Of a DNA stretch of 64,000 nt, positions 13,102-26,666 are shown one piece after another; position 1 is the stretch's first letter, and each line of letters opens with the position of its first letter. The stretch spans positions 12,462,001-12,526,000 of the forward strand of contig OX597823.1 of NCBI GenBank assembly GCA_951406725.2, written 5' to 3'. Below the pieces are notes generated by a model that was not told the origin of the DNA, searched no databases, and saw only the letters and a program-made list of their open reading frames with translations. The position numbers and the translations under genes were made by a program. This DNA is from Octopus vulgaris. Lineage: Eukaryota.

Positions 13102-13512
13102 TACTCTTTACTCTTTACTCTTTTACTTGTTTCAGTCATTTTACTGCGGCCATGCTGGAGCACCGCCTTTAGTCGAGCTTATTCTTTGTAAGCCCAGTAC
13201 TTATTCTCTCGGTCTCTTTTGCCGAACCGCTAAGTGACGGGGACGTAAACACACCAGCATCGGTTGTCAAGCAATGCTAGGGGGACAAACACACACACAC
13301 ACAAACACACACACACAAACACACACACATATATATATATACATATATACGACAGGCTTCTTTCAGTTTCCGTCTACCAAATCCACTCACAAGGCATTGG
13401 TCGGCCCGGGGCTATAGCAGAAGACACTTGCCCAGGATGCCACGCAGTGGGACTGAACCCGGAACCATGTGGCTGGTTAGCAAGCTACTTACCACACAGC
13501 CACTCCTGCGCC
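13102..13512 (-). mobile_element. SINE family B, full length (tRNA head, CORE-like block, internal microsatellite)
   Basis: Minus strand: GGAGTGGCTGTGTGGTAAG...GGTTCAGTCCC...CCTGGGCAAGTGTCTT; tail (AAAGAGT)n. Confidence 0.9.
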
Positions 13513-14738
13513 TATATTTTGCATCCATATTTTGATAAAAGCAGGGCATCGTTATCAGCTGCACGAAGGAACACATCATCGTTTCCTATCCAGAATTTTA
13601 GGCAAAGATTACAAGTATTAAAGCATGACTTAAGACACTCAACTTGATAAAACACAAGAGTTATGGAATTTACAACAAATCTACAATTTCGTGACAAATC
13701 TGAATATCTGACACCCGAATTACCCTCCCCTTATTCGAAAGACCATATGACGCCGACTTTAATGACAATCTTACAATCTTTTTAATAAATCTCGCTAAAG
13801 TTTGTTACACATAGAAAACTACCCTCTCTGAGAAACCTGAGAAGCTTAAGCTTTAATCAACCGCTCCAATTCTATCGGAGTAAAGATTTTCAGCTTGACA
13901 CTGTAACAACCATGTGTCTATAATACTAGTTAACTTCATAAAGCAATTACGATTGATTACCCTAACTAAAATTATCAGTATAGCACTGACATTATCTTGC
14001 TAATTAGAATAACAAACGTTAATTGAAATAATACTCTCTGGTAAATAAAAAAATGTTCATACCAATTTTGATGTCAGCATAGGTCCTAGTAACTCGATGG
14101 AGTCAACAGATCTTGTTGAATTATATTATTCTACACAAACGGGAATGAAACTACCTACAATCAATTTCTTTATTAACCATGAGGTTCAGAAAAAGAGGGG
14201 CGATATGAAGACAGACAAAACAAACATTGCGTTCAGGGTATCCAATGAGACAAAACGTATGAATAAATAATTAAAATATATACAATTAAATGAGAATGAA
14301 TGATTTACAAAAAAATGAAGCGGAGGGCGCGATCGACCCCACAAACCACATACTCACACTGAAGACTTTGCTTTCTTCTTTTTTTTTTTGTTCTCGTTTA
14401 GACAGATTCTCTCACTCGCAACATACTTGCTACAGTCAAAGGCGGATCACCGCGATGAGGGCATTCTCATATACAACGAATAAGAAATATTTAACTTTCA
14501 CCGTTGATTACTGCAATCAAATTTTTAAAGCTTGTCGGTCAATGTCCTGCTAATTAAGGCTGGAAGCACTTCTCAAAGTTTCTTGTTTCGTTTATATTCT
14601 TGCTAGTTCCATCTCTCTTTCACTTTAAATCAGCTGAATTCTTCAGTTATTAGATTATACATGCCACGTATGTTTTCATCATTTTTATGTAATTAGTTAT
14701 TTTACTATTTCTGCTTGTATAAGTTTGCCTATGTATAT

Positions 14739-14808
<70 letters not shown>

Positions 14809-14885
14809 GCATATATGTACATATATATATATATATATGTATATATATATGCGTGTGTGTGTATATATATATGCATATATGTACA

Positions 14886-14925
<40 letters not shown>

Positions 14926-15028
14926 TATACATACATACATATAGTACATACATATGTACAAACATATAATACATGTATATGTACATAAATATAAATATAC
15001 ATCCATATAATACATACATATATATACA

Positions 15029-15075
<47 letters not shown>

Positions 15076-15076
<1 letters not shown>

Positions 15077-15292
15077 TTTTACTGGGGATGCCCGGTTTAT
15101 GGGGTTACCCTGGGTTTCCCGTCCAGAAAGGCTTTAACTGTATTGCGTATCGTCAGACCCCAAGACCTCTTGGCCTAAGACCTCTTAGGCCATCACATCA
15201 GATCTTGAGGTCTGACGATACGCCATAAAATTAAACCCTCTCTAGAGGGGAAACCCAGGGTAGCCCCTAAACTGGCCTTCGCCAGTTAAAAG
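15076..15292. repeat. Imperfect inverted repeat (~90-bp arms) with an HHR-like core in each arm
   Basis: Minus 15101-15161: ggggt-CTGACGA...GAAA-cccaggg-TA-acccc. Plus 15207-15267 is the homolog. Confidence 0.75.
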
Positions 15293-15523
15293 CATTCACT
15301 GTTCTACTTCTTAGAGTGTGCTTCTTCTCCGGATTTATGTTTGCTACAAACGATATGTGCATATATATATATATACGGTTAAGTAATTGAGATTCTAGTG
15401 AATTCTAAAGAATTCACATGAATATGGTCCTTAACTAGGATGCACCGGAAATCTATATGATGTTAACCATACGACAAGTGGGGTGATTACAAATAGGAAA
15501 AAAGCAACAAGAATGGATTAAAA

Positions 15524-15611
15524 TCTCGGTACGATCGTTTCGTACGAGGACATCTTTAATAAGCTACAAAAAATGCAGTGAATACAGATGGCTCGTACTC
15601 GTCAGCCGAAA
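15524..15611 (-). ncRNA. Canonical type I hammerhead ribozyme motif
   Basis: tttcgg-CTGACGA-gtacgag[c catct...agatg tc]ctcgtac-GAAA-cgatcg-TA-ccgaga. 7-bp stem II base, palindromic stem III, GUA triplet. Lies in a 240-bp insert (15376-15615) between (TA)n tracts. Confidence 0.9.
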
Positions 15612-15621
15612 AAACATATAT

Positions 15622-15691
<70 letters not shown>

Positions 15692-15694
15692 CAA

Positions 15695-15725
<31 letters not shown>

Positions 15726-16164
15726 CACAAAAACACACACACACACACACACATATATATACATATAGATATACTGCAGCTATATATAAATGCATAGGTA
15801 CATGCGCACAGACACACGCACACATAAATAGAAAGAGAAAGAAAGAGAGTGAGAGAGAGAGAGACAATTACAGAAGCCCCTACACATCGTCATATATAGA
15901 AGCATGTACACATCAATAGATGTCTGCATTTATATGTCTGCATTTACATATTTGGTAATTATCACAAGCCGTTATATAACTTACTTTTGAATAAATATAC
16001 TCTGGTACTGAAGCATTCGCACAAATCCGGTATTAATTTAGATAAACCAATGCATTCTAAATCCTTTGTTGTATTGGGTTCTTTTATGGTTAGAATTCCA
16101 CGTTCCTACACCTGAACGATATACTGGCACACACACAGACACACACACACATACACACACTCAC

Positions 16165-16199
<35 letters not shown>

Positions 16200-16461
16200 C
16201 ACATATATCGAATTGTTTCCATAAACATTTTTTGATCACTAGCGCCTGTGTGTGTCCATATATATATATATATGTGTGTGTATGTGTGTGTGTATGTGTG
16301 TATCTATGTGTGTGTCTGTGTGTGTGTGTGTATGTGTGTGTGTATATATATACATATAAATGTATATTTACGAATAAACATATGTATACACATGTAGATA
16401 CACACAATTAAAGACAAATGTTTTTGTACAAGCACATCTAATTATGCATATATCTGTGTGT

Positions 16462-16525
<64 letters not shown>

Positions 16526-16608
16526 GCATATATATATCTACATATATATATATAAACGTATATATACACACATACACACACACTCACACACACACATACA
16601 CACACATG

Positions 16609-16642
<34 letters not shown>

Positions 16643-16751
16643 AACGTATATACATATATATAAACATATATATATATGTATATCCATGAACGTATATATA
16701 TATATGTGTATATATGCGTGTATATGCGTGAGTGTGTCTTTGTATACTTGC

Positions 16752-16826
<75 letters not shown>

Positions 16827-16889
16827 TGTGTCTATTCATACGTGCATATGCATGCACATATATATTGCCCATATATATGCATTCACGTA

Positions 16890-17890
16890 AATTGGGTTTT
16901 GGAATGACTCGTAGAAAGATATGAAGTGTTATTGTAACGATCCAGAATATCATTAATACGTTTAATCGTACCTTCATTCACTCGTTAGAAATACCCTAAG
17001 ATTTGTTTAGTTTTATTAAATCCTCCAGTTTCCAGTAGGTAACAAAAAAAAAAAACCGTCTATGAAAGCACAAATGATAAATTAAATAAAATCTTGTGCT
17101 TTTGCCTTGTTTACTTAGATCTAAGGCTTTCACTGCGCTACTTAATTCCAGATTCGAGACAGGTTGGTTGGAGACAGAAGCTCTTTTACTCACAATGTAA
17201 TATAAGCAACTTAAATATTCAGTTGGATAAAATATCTGTGGAAACAATTTCAGCCTCCGAAAATAATTACATATGTTGTACAAATGTCTATATATACGAA
17301 ATGTCCTTGGAATTTTTTCCTATGTAGAGAAATATCACAACACTTCTGATACTAAGCTTTAAACAACTTCAATTGTACCTCCTCTAATTATTTCTATCGC
17401 AGTGTTGTTATCGTCAACATATTTTTGTGCTTTTCTGAAGATTGTCCTTGGTTGATCTCCGCCTAGATTAATTTTGATGTATAATTGAATCAGAGATAAA
17501 CTTGATTACAGGATATAGCTAGTTTATTTCTGGTTCCTTTACTATACATTGGCTTTTAGATATATTTTTACTTTATATCTCTACTATTGAGTTTTCTGCG
17601 TTATTGCTATGCTGTATGTTTACATCTTTATCTCTCTATTATTAACTTAGATCAGCTTGATATTTTCCACTTTGGTTTATTTCAAGATATTTCCTAGATC
17701 CTTTGTTCCCCTGACTTTCGCATTATCTCTTATCACTAGTTCGATGTTTTCTGGCTCATTCTCACTAATTATGTGGTTTATTTGTTTCCAGGTAGATTTT
17801 CTATGACTTTTTGGTCAGTCATTTTGTCGCTACTTTATACCAATGACACCACTTTGAATTACCTTGCTACTTGTCTTCCAGTTTATTTAG
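16890..17890 (-). mobile_element. Highly degenerate Penelope-like remnant (tentative)
   Basis: Minus strand near 17140-17175 reads NLSRIWN, resembling the STELSKYIWxLK block of PLE GIY-YIG domains. The rest is not readable. Confidence 0.3.
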
Positions 17891-18123
17891 ATTAGATCCC
17901 GACTCATCCCAAATTCAGTTCTGAAGTATACAAGTTCAGATCTGAAGTATACAAGTCTTCATTTATTCAGTTCTGAAGTATAAGATTGGATCACGACTCA
18001 TCCAAAATTCAGTTCTGAAGTATACAAGTTCAGATCTGAAGTATACAAGTCTTCATTTATTCAGTTCTGAAGTATACAAGTCTTCATTTATTCAGTTCTG
18101 AAGTATACAAGTCTTCATTTATT
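17890..18123. repeat. Hierarchical minisatellite (31-bp unit ttcagttctgaagtatacaagtcttcattta inside a ~94-bp duplication)
   Basis: ctgaagtata(c)aag occurs 7 times; gactcatcc(c/a)aaattcagttctgaag occurs twice. Confidence 0.9.
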
Positions 18124-18652
18124 GGTAGAGTGCAGCATGATAAATACCAACTCATGACGCTTTGAGCCTTGCATACAAAATTCCAATTGGTAGCCTGTTT
18201 CTCACCGAATTATAATTTCGCCATTTAGCGTATATGTTTACAGATCGTGCCTGATATAAAATACGCTCTTGTTTAAATTGCCTGATCGAATTGAATGATA
18301 TTCATCACCCAGAATTCCGAACGAGGAAACAGTTGAACGATTGAAATTTTACATTTGACAAAATTAAGGAAGTAAGCAAGAGGTATTTACTGAAAAACCT
18401 AAAATTATAGGAAAAGACAAGCACACTAGCATAACGGTTTTTCAGGTTTTAAATTATGCAAATTGCCATGGATAAATATATGGGTTGGGATGTATGTATA
18501 TATAGAACGAAAATCATTATCAAGAACGAAATGTTGGTTCGATTCCAACTGAGTAACTTAATTTTCATTTTATCTTTCTGTTGAAAACAAACACACACTC
18601 ACACATATGCACACATGCAAATTTAAGATATCAATCAATCAATCCATTCATC

Positions 18653-18727
<75 letters not shown>

Positions 18728-19033
18728 TACATACATACATACATACATACATACATACATACATACATACATACATACATACATGCATACATACGACCTG
18801 ATTTTCAAATGGAATAGCCTATGTGCTCAGAATCTGCAGATCGGTTGGAGACAGAAGACATGTTATAAAAACCTGCATGGACACGTGTCTCTAAAGTCCG
18901 AAACTATTAGTAGCTCATATAGCTACGCTGTGGACATTACATGATACTTATCTCTCCCTGGATGAATTACTTCTTTGTTGATTTAATCTTAACGAATAAG
19001 GAAATTACATACACAACACGCATACGCACACAA

Positions 19034-19100
<67 letters not shown>

Positions 19101-19657
19101 CACACACATTGATTTCTCAAATCTGTACGCGAGGATTAAGTTTCGACACAACGAAAAAACTCTGATAAGCTGTGAGAATTTTAATCGACGCTGCAGCTCC
19201 ATATTGAAGTACTGGTCACGTAGCTGGGAATGTGTTCCTGCTATATATAAATATCGTAGACAAACCTACTCTAAAAAGCAGGCCGTGGAATTCTTTGCCA
19301 AATATCTATTCGTTAATTAGCTATGACCACCAATTCATAGATATACACCTCTCTATACCTTTTGTTACCAAAACAACATCGTTTCTTAGTTTAAACTAGT
19401 GATTTCCATACCTTCTTTCACTATGTATACACGGCTTCTTCATTCACGTTCTTTATCTCGAACTTGCTTCGTTTTTTCATTGAAATGCTAAAAGCAGTAC
19501 TCTTAATATCTTTCTTCACCAGAACTACATTTTCTGGTCAATCTACTCATCAACTACTTTTCTTTTGCAGATATATGAACAAATTAAATTAAACTCTTAC
19601 TATTTTGATGTCGCTAGAATATAGGATGATTTGTAAATGTTTTAGACAATGCGTGTT

Positions 19658-19816
19658 GGCATATGGCCGTGTGGTAAGAAGCTTGCTTCCCAGTCACATG
19701 GTTCCGAGTTCAGTCCCACTGCCTGTCACCTTGGACAAGTGATTCCTATCAGAGCCTCGGGTCGACCAAAGCTTTGTGAGTGGGTCTGGAAGACGGAAAC
19801 TGAAAAAAGCCCATCG

Positions 19817-19817
<1 letters not shown>
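19658..19817 (+). mobile_element. SINE family B, 5' half
   Basis: tggccgtgtggtaag...gagttcagtccc...ccttggacaagtg. Confidence 0.8.
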
Positions 19818-19847
<30 letters not shown>

Positions 19848-20092
19848 TACTATTAACAGCGAATTGTTCATCTTTACTTACAGCCGTTTCTCTTAATACG
19901 CAACAAACATTAAATTCACATTTATGCGACATGAGCATGATATCAACAGAGAAAAAAAAACGTACCATTGGATGCTATATATGCGCTTGTGAATTCATTT
20001 TAACAGACCAATTTGCTGTTAATAATAACTTCCCAATCTCCATTTTATTTTTCTATGTATTTAATTCTGTATCTGGTCTGTATCTGGTGATT

Positions 20093-20185
20093 GAGTGACC
20101 AATGGTTTCGCATCTACAAAGGACTTAGCCCCGTGTACGTCTCGTCAGGTTCCAAAGCCGAAGACAGATGTAACTCATCACCTCT
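20093..20185 (-). ncRNA. Degenerate hammerhead-like motif
   Basis: gag-GTGATGA-gttacatctg...tagatgc-GAAA-ccattgg-TC-actc. C3 is altered, and a second CTGACGA lies inside the stem II loop. Confidence 0.45.
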
Positions 20186-20568
20186 GGAAGGCAGAAACGG
20201 AAATACACACACACACACATTTTATATACGCATTTTTTATAGTTTCAATGTTTTGAGTGCAGTTATTACCATCTTGAAGTGAATGAAGAATAAAATCGAC
20301 CTAGTTCTTACATTAGGTCTATTAATAGTCACACCATTCTTTTGCTGTTGAACCACTAAATATACAAGAATGCAAACAAAGAAACACCGTTTATGTTGCG
20401 ACCAGCACCTACACAGATTTTGCCTACCAAACTTCCAAAACACTGGCCTATTCGGGGCTGTCGTAGAAGACACTGCTGCACGTAGAGGACTGAACCTGAA
20501 ACCATGCCGCCACGAATCAAATTTTTTAACCACATAGACATTCATACATGTATGTGTAGGTAAACATA

Positions 20569-20706
<138 letters not shown>

Positions 20707-20707
20707 C

Positions 20708-20738
<31 letters not shown>

Positions 20739-20760
20739 CATCTACATATATACATATATA

Positions 20761-20813
<53 letters not shown>

Positions 20814-22363
20814 TTCTTGTATGCATATCTGTAAATTTAGCTGTAGACACGTGTGTGTGTATGCATGTGCGAGAGGTGGCATCTGACAGTATGAATACAT
20901 ACAGATAGGGAATAAGGGATGAGAGACAACGTATAGCTGTGTGTGAAAAAAACAGAGCAGAAGGGGAATATAATTGTAAAAAGCAAAAAAAAAGTATAAC
21001 AAAAAACAAGGCGAATATGTGATTGTATATACACATGCGTATGTGTCGTTGTATTTGTTTAAATACGTGTGTTTTGTGTGCGTGCATTTCTATAAGTAGG
21101 TATGTATACACATGTGTGTTTGTAGGAGAGAGGGAGAGAGAGAGAGGGATGGAAGGAAGAGAATCTACGTTGAAGAAGGTGGAGCGAAGGCGAAAAAATT
21201 TTCGAAGTAAGAATAATAATGGTATGTACAAGAATGTACGCGAAAGAGCTACTACGTCAGCAGATAGATATATACTGAAACTATAAAATGTAAAGACACA
21301 GGCAGAAAGGTATGTACAATCCTAGCGAGTGCGGAAGCCCTGCCTCAAATCACAGCAATAGGAAGACGCAATAGAAAAGATTTACATATGTGATAATGCA
21401 TTAGATTATATAAAGGTAACTTGTGTACTGCTGAGTCGAAGGAAGTGCGTCTCTGGTTTGCAAACTCCATGAAATAAATTATTTTTAGATATGCTGTAAC
21501 ATGTAGAAGAGAATTTTATGGAATGGGGTCAGTTGTCGATGTGTGCTTCTTTTTACATATAAATTTATGTACGTATATATATAACCATGTATGTATTACA
21601 CATATGTATCTGTGTATTTAAGTAAACATTTATGTTACATGCATGGTTGTATATATGTGAGCTTGCATATATGTAAACGTGTACGTATGTATTTATATAT
21701 CTGTATTTATGTAGACATGTATTTATGAATGTATCTGTTTATGCATGTATGTGTGTATACTTGTGTATATATTTACGTACTCTATTTTTGCATGTATTAA
21801 TGCATGCATATATGTATGCGTTTATCTATTTAAGATAGTATACACATACACATGTGTATTTAAGTAGGTAGAAGTATTTGAATATCTGACAATTGTATAA
21901 GTGTATAGGCATATATGTGTGAATGCATTTACATACACACGTGTTTGCACATGTAAGCATATTTGCATGCATGAAAATTTTCTAACTTTCATTTTTCGAA
22001 TTTCTCACCTGTGGAAAAAGAGTTGGTTTCTCGGTTAGAAACAAGACATTTTCACTGGAATTTAAACAGCATTATCGTATTTATACATGAATATACATAC
22101 GCATGTATGTACATAAATACGCTTACGTATGCATATGTAAATGCACACGCATGCATGAATGCAGGAAGAGATATCGTTTTATATGTGGATCAGTATACGT
22201 ATGTATTTGCATTCACTAAAGCTAAACTTCAAAAATGCTTTATATCATTTGATATTCTTTTTTTATGTTTTGTACAAGCAATCCTTTGATGCAGCCATTT
22301 CTTTTTGGCTTCGTGAAATCCAGATTTTCAAGATTATACTCAAGCAGATATTCTTAATTATAG

Positions 22364-22399
<36 letters not shown>

Positions 22400-22489
22400 T
22401 AGAGGATTGACCACTAAAAGTGGACAGCCTGTACACTAGAAATAGACGTCAAAATCGCCATTTTCCATACATACATATATACATACATA

Positions 22490-22535
<46 letters not shown>

Positions 22536-22536
22536 G

Positions 22537-22601
<65 letters not shown>

Positions 22602-22650
22602 GTATGCATGTATCTGTAAATGTAATATGTGACAATTATTCGGTAGCCCT

Positions 22651-22711
22651 GATAAAACTCCGAGTTTCGGATGTCTGGGTGAAAATCCATGCCGCTATCT
22701 CTTCAATTATT
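22651..22711 (-). ncRNA. Hammerhead-like motif (C3U core variant)
   Basis: ataa-TTGAAGA-gat...atcc-GAAA-ctcggag-TT-ttat, in a ~120-bp insert between TA-rich microsatellites. Confidence 0.6.
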
Positions 22712-22738
22712 CGGCCATGGGAAATAATGCTATGAAAA

Positions 22739-22782
<44 letters not shown>

Positions 22783-22822
22783 CATGTGTGTGTATGTGCA
22801 TGTGTATATGTATATGTATGTA

Positions 22823-22868
<46 letters not shown>

Positions 22869-22917
22869 CATGTGTGTGTGTATGTGCGTGTGTATATGTA
22901 TATGTATGTATATATGT

Positions 22918-22953
<36 letters not shown>

Positions 22954-23153
22954 TTTCCATAATGAGATAAAAAACCAAGGCTGTGTAGATTATGTTCTAA
23001 CATCTATATCATAACGGAAAACAAAACTTAAGCACACGCTGATATGTGACCTAAGTTGGACCCCTTATTCGCATAATCACCGAACCTGGAACTTTTGGGT
23101 CTCCTACCTCTCATAACTTCTAGGCATATATATATATATGCATATACATACAT

Positions 23154-23216
<63 letters not shown>

Positions 23217-23227
23217 TATATATATAT

Positions 23228-23277
<50 letters not shown>

Positions 23278-23278
<1 letters not shown>

Positions 23279-23472
23279 CCGGGAAGCTTTATGAAAATAA
23301 ACAAAAGACGAAGGCAGGTGGAGTACAAACAAACAGTTGTATTAGTATGGCGCTCAGGAATATAAATAAAACAAGTCTTTTACGTTTCGAGCCTACGCTC
23401 TTCAACAGAAAGATACACAGAAAAGAAACAAGGAGAGAAAAAAAATGCGTGCAGAAGCTATCGATTCAACAT
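23278..23472 (-). mobile_element. Penelope pLTR with compact HHR variant (23376-23413)
   Basis: Closely matches the reverse complement of 35242-35447. tcttt-CTGTTGA-a-gagc gtag gctc-GAAA-cg-TA-aaaga. Lies 3' of the PLE ORF remnant on the same strand. Confidence 0.85.
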
Positions 23473-23513
23473 ATAGATATATGTATGTATATATACGTAT
23501 ATCTATCTATCTG

Positions 23514-24880
23514 AGAGGATGTTCGGTGAACCAAACGGCCAGTCGGCGGCTCGTCTGACCTACATAAAGCTTCCGACAGAAGTGGCATTTAATGCAGTAG
23601 ATGAGGCTAGAAGTGCAAAGAAGGAATTTCTAATGAAAACAGTTTGTTGGTTAGAACGAGTGATAGAAGTAGTGTTGGTGATGAAGGGGCAGGTATTGCA
23701 GCAGGATCTGGGTCACGGAAAGGATCCATGTGGGGCTGAGGGTGAAGAGGGGAAGGTGCTACGGACCAGGAGATCGCGTAGGTTCCGGGTGCGTTTAAAG
23801 GAGGACATGGGTGGTTTGGAGAAAATGGGTCGGGTGTTGGGATCAAGCTGGAGACGACGGAAGGCCCGTAGTATCCTCCGACGGAGGCGTAGAGTGGAGG
23901 GGTGGAAAAGGAGGGGAAAGGGGGTGCGGTTAGGGGGTTGGCGAGAGGAAGGAGAAAGGACGGTAGTGTGGTCGATTCGACGAGTGCGGGCAAGGAGCCA
24001 TTTGGACAAGGGTTGGGGAGTATCCTCGATGTCTAAACAGGTGGGCCAGGTACTGTGACTGGGTCTCAAAATCCTGGCCACGACTGCACAAGCGTCGGAG
24101 GCGGATGAACAGGAGTAGGGGTGGCCCGTTCGGTGTGGAAGGGATGGGAGGAGGAGAAGTTGAGGTAGAGGTGGGAATCAGTGGGTTTGAAGAAGGCGGA
24201 GGTGGTGAGAGAGTAGGAAGGGTGGTCAATGGTAAGAGAGATATCGAGGAAGTTAACAGAAGTGTGAAAGATAGTAGAAGTGAATTGGAGAGAAGGCCGG
24301 AAGTTAGAGAGGAAAGAGATGAAGTGGCAGAGTTGTTCACGGGAGAGGGTGGTGGCACCTATACAGTCGTCTATGTAGCGACCGTATAGTTCTGGAGTCG
24401 GCCCGGAGAATTGGGAGAATGCTTGGGCCTCAATATGGCCAACAAAGAGTTTGGTGAAATTGGGGCCCATTCTCGTTCCATATCGTGACCCCATACACTT
24501 GTTGGTGGGTTTCCCCGGCGAACGTAAAGCAGTTGAGGGTAAGAACGAGCTCTGCAAGGCGGAGAAGGGTAGGGTTCTGGGTGTGTGGTCAGGGTGATGG
24601 TCGAGGAAGTATTGTAGGGCTAAGAGGCCGTCGTTGTGGGGAATCACCCTGTATAAGGATTTGATTCCAAGGTGAAGAGGAGGTGTGAGGGGCCGGGAGA
24701 GAAGAAAAAGGAATTGAAGAGACGAAGGGCGCGATTAGTGTCGTGAATGGGGGATGAGAGAGCAGCAACTAAAGGGAGCAGGATGCGGTCATGGTATTTG
24801 GAAATGACTTCGGTGAGACAATTACTGGCAGAATCGATGGGGCGGCCATATTTGTTGGGTTTATGTATTTGGGGATGGAA
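23514..24880 (-). pseudogene. Penelope-like element ORF remnant: reverse transcriptase plus start of GIY-YIG endonuclease
   Basis: YFHPQIHKPN..GRPI, GTRMGPNFTKLFVG, RYIDDCIG, NFLDISL, FFKPTDSHLYL, then SSLIYCIKCHFCRKLYVGQTSRRLA. Several frameshifts. Confidence 0.92.
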
Positions 24881-25415
24881 ATAGATGAACATATACACAA
24901 ACATACTTCCACACGAACACACATATACCTCTCACACACCACACACATACAACATACATACATGCACATATACACACACATACCTTCCACACTCATACGC
25001 ATACATACACATACACACACACACCCACATATACCCACGCGCACACATACATATGCGCGTACACACATATGCGCGTACACACACACACGTGCACAAACGT
25101 ACACCCACATACACACACACGCACAAGAATGCACAGATACCTATGTATATATATATATGTATATAAATGCATGTATATATATATATGTATATATATAAAT
25201 GAATGTATATATATATGTATATATATATATATAAATGCATGCATATATATGTATATATATAAATGCATGTATATATATATGTATATACATATATGTATAT
25301 GTATATATGTATATATATGCATGTATATATATATATATGTATGTATATATGTATGTATATATATATATACATATATATATGTATGTATATATGCATGTGT
25401 ATATATACATATATG

Positions 25416-25455
<40 letters not shown>

Positions 25456-25679
25456 TATATCTATATGTATATATAAATATGTACATATATATTTGTATGT
25501 GCGTTTGTATATGTCAGCTTGTATGCCCATACGTATTATGTATCTGAATGTCTAGACTTATATCTGTAGGCATGCGTGTAGATATGAATTTATTTAGTTT
25601 ATATGTAAACAACAAACATTCGTCTCTGGAATATAAGTGACAACGGTGATACAATTTCCAACAGTTTTGCATAAATTAG

Positions 25680-26400
25680 TCGTTGTCATTCTAGTGTGAA
25701 TTTACAGAGTTCGAGCAAATGTGTCTATGTGTACCTTATAACCCAAAGTTTTCCAGGTTGTTCTTTCCTAACTTTGCAACATTTTATATGCCCTTAAGGG
25801 AATTTCGTCTTCTTTAATATTGTGGTTTTAATTATAGGCCACTGTGCCTCTTAGGGTTTGGGTTCTCATGCTCATTTCTATCCACTATTTTGAAGATGGC
25901 ACATAATCTTGCCTTATACACTATTCCCGTAAAATAAATTTAGCTAAACGTGTCATGCAAGAACTATCTTCACTTGTTCCGTGTATGGGCAAAGAAAAAG
26001 CCCTGTGACTGATAATGTGCAGACACATTCCCTGCTACCGCGAGTTTACGATTACTTCCGATAAGTTGACATCGCTCTCAAGAAAAAACTGCTGCCATGC
26101 TTTAGTAAATGCCAAGCTTTAGTAGAATGTTATGTTGCTGCCATCTTTTTGTAAAATCATTTCTAATTTGATAGTTCAATTGCTTGCGAAAAGTCAAATA
26201 AGCGTTTGCCAAATACAGGTATATATGGTTGTCAAAAGTGTTTCACGCAATTTTTCTATCGAAAAACTTTCACCTGCTTCCTGCAATGTGTGTGGTTGAG
26301 ATTTCACTGATGCTTGTTTTAATTTCGATTTGTTGTGTTGCTCTGATCACTCTTTCGGTCCGCGGTCCCAGTATAACAGGAAGCCATTGCTGACTTACAG
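25680..26400 (-). mobile_element. Old degenerate Penelope-like GIY-YIG remnant (different lineage)
   Basis: Fragments in expected order on the minus strand: VKI..SCM, GIVYKAR, RY..H, TTNLCKTV. Confidence 0.4.
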
Positions 26401-26433
26401 GTATTGGAAAACAATCAAAATTCTAAACACAAA

Positions 26434-26666
26434 GCGGGCAAGGGGCCTTTTGGACAAGGGTTGGGGAGTATCCTCGATGTCTGAGTAGGTGGGCCAGGTA
26501 CTGTGACTGGGTCTCAAAATCCTGGTCACGGCTGCACAAGCGTCGGAGGCGGATGAACAGGAGTAGGGGTGGCCCGTTCGGTGTGGAAGGGATGGGAGGA
26601 GGAGAAGTTGAGGTAGAGGTGGGAATCTGTGTGTTTGAAGAAGGCGGAGGTGGTGAGAGAGTAGGA
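26434..26666 (-). mobile_element. 233-bp Penelope RT fragment, near-identical to 23986-24218
   Basis: Direct alignment by eye; few mismatches. Confidence 0.9.

Noticed and set aside
13515-14250. CNLCL peptide on the minus strand suggesting another Penelope remnant
   Set aside because: A single short motif with no other blocks readable in order.
14370-14560. Polypyrimidine tract plus AG (14372-14401), a possible splice acceptor
   Set aside because: No convincing downstream exon frame or donor; such tracts are common here.
17890-18123. Repeat array superficially resembling CRISPR
   Set aside because: No unique spacers, no cas genes, eukaryotic context; it is a tandem minisatellite.
19130-19200. 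Minus-strand gag-CTGCAGC...GAAA-cttaa-TC-ctc
   Set aside because: Two core positions are wrong and stem II is weak; at most a dead relic.
23519-24389. Plus-strand G/R/E-rich ORFs (179 aa and 94 aa)
   Set aside because: Antisense shadows of the Penelope ORF on the minus strand.
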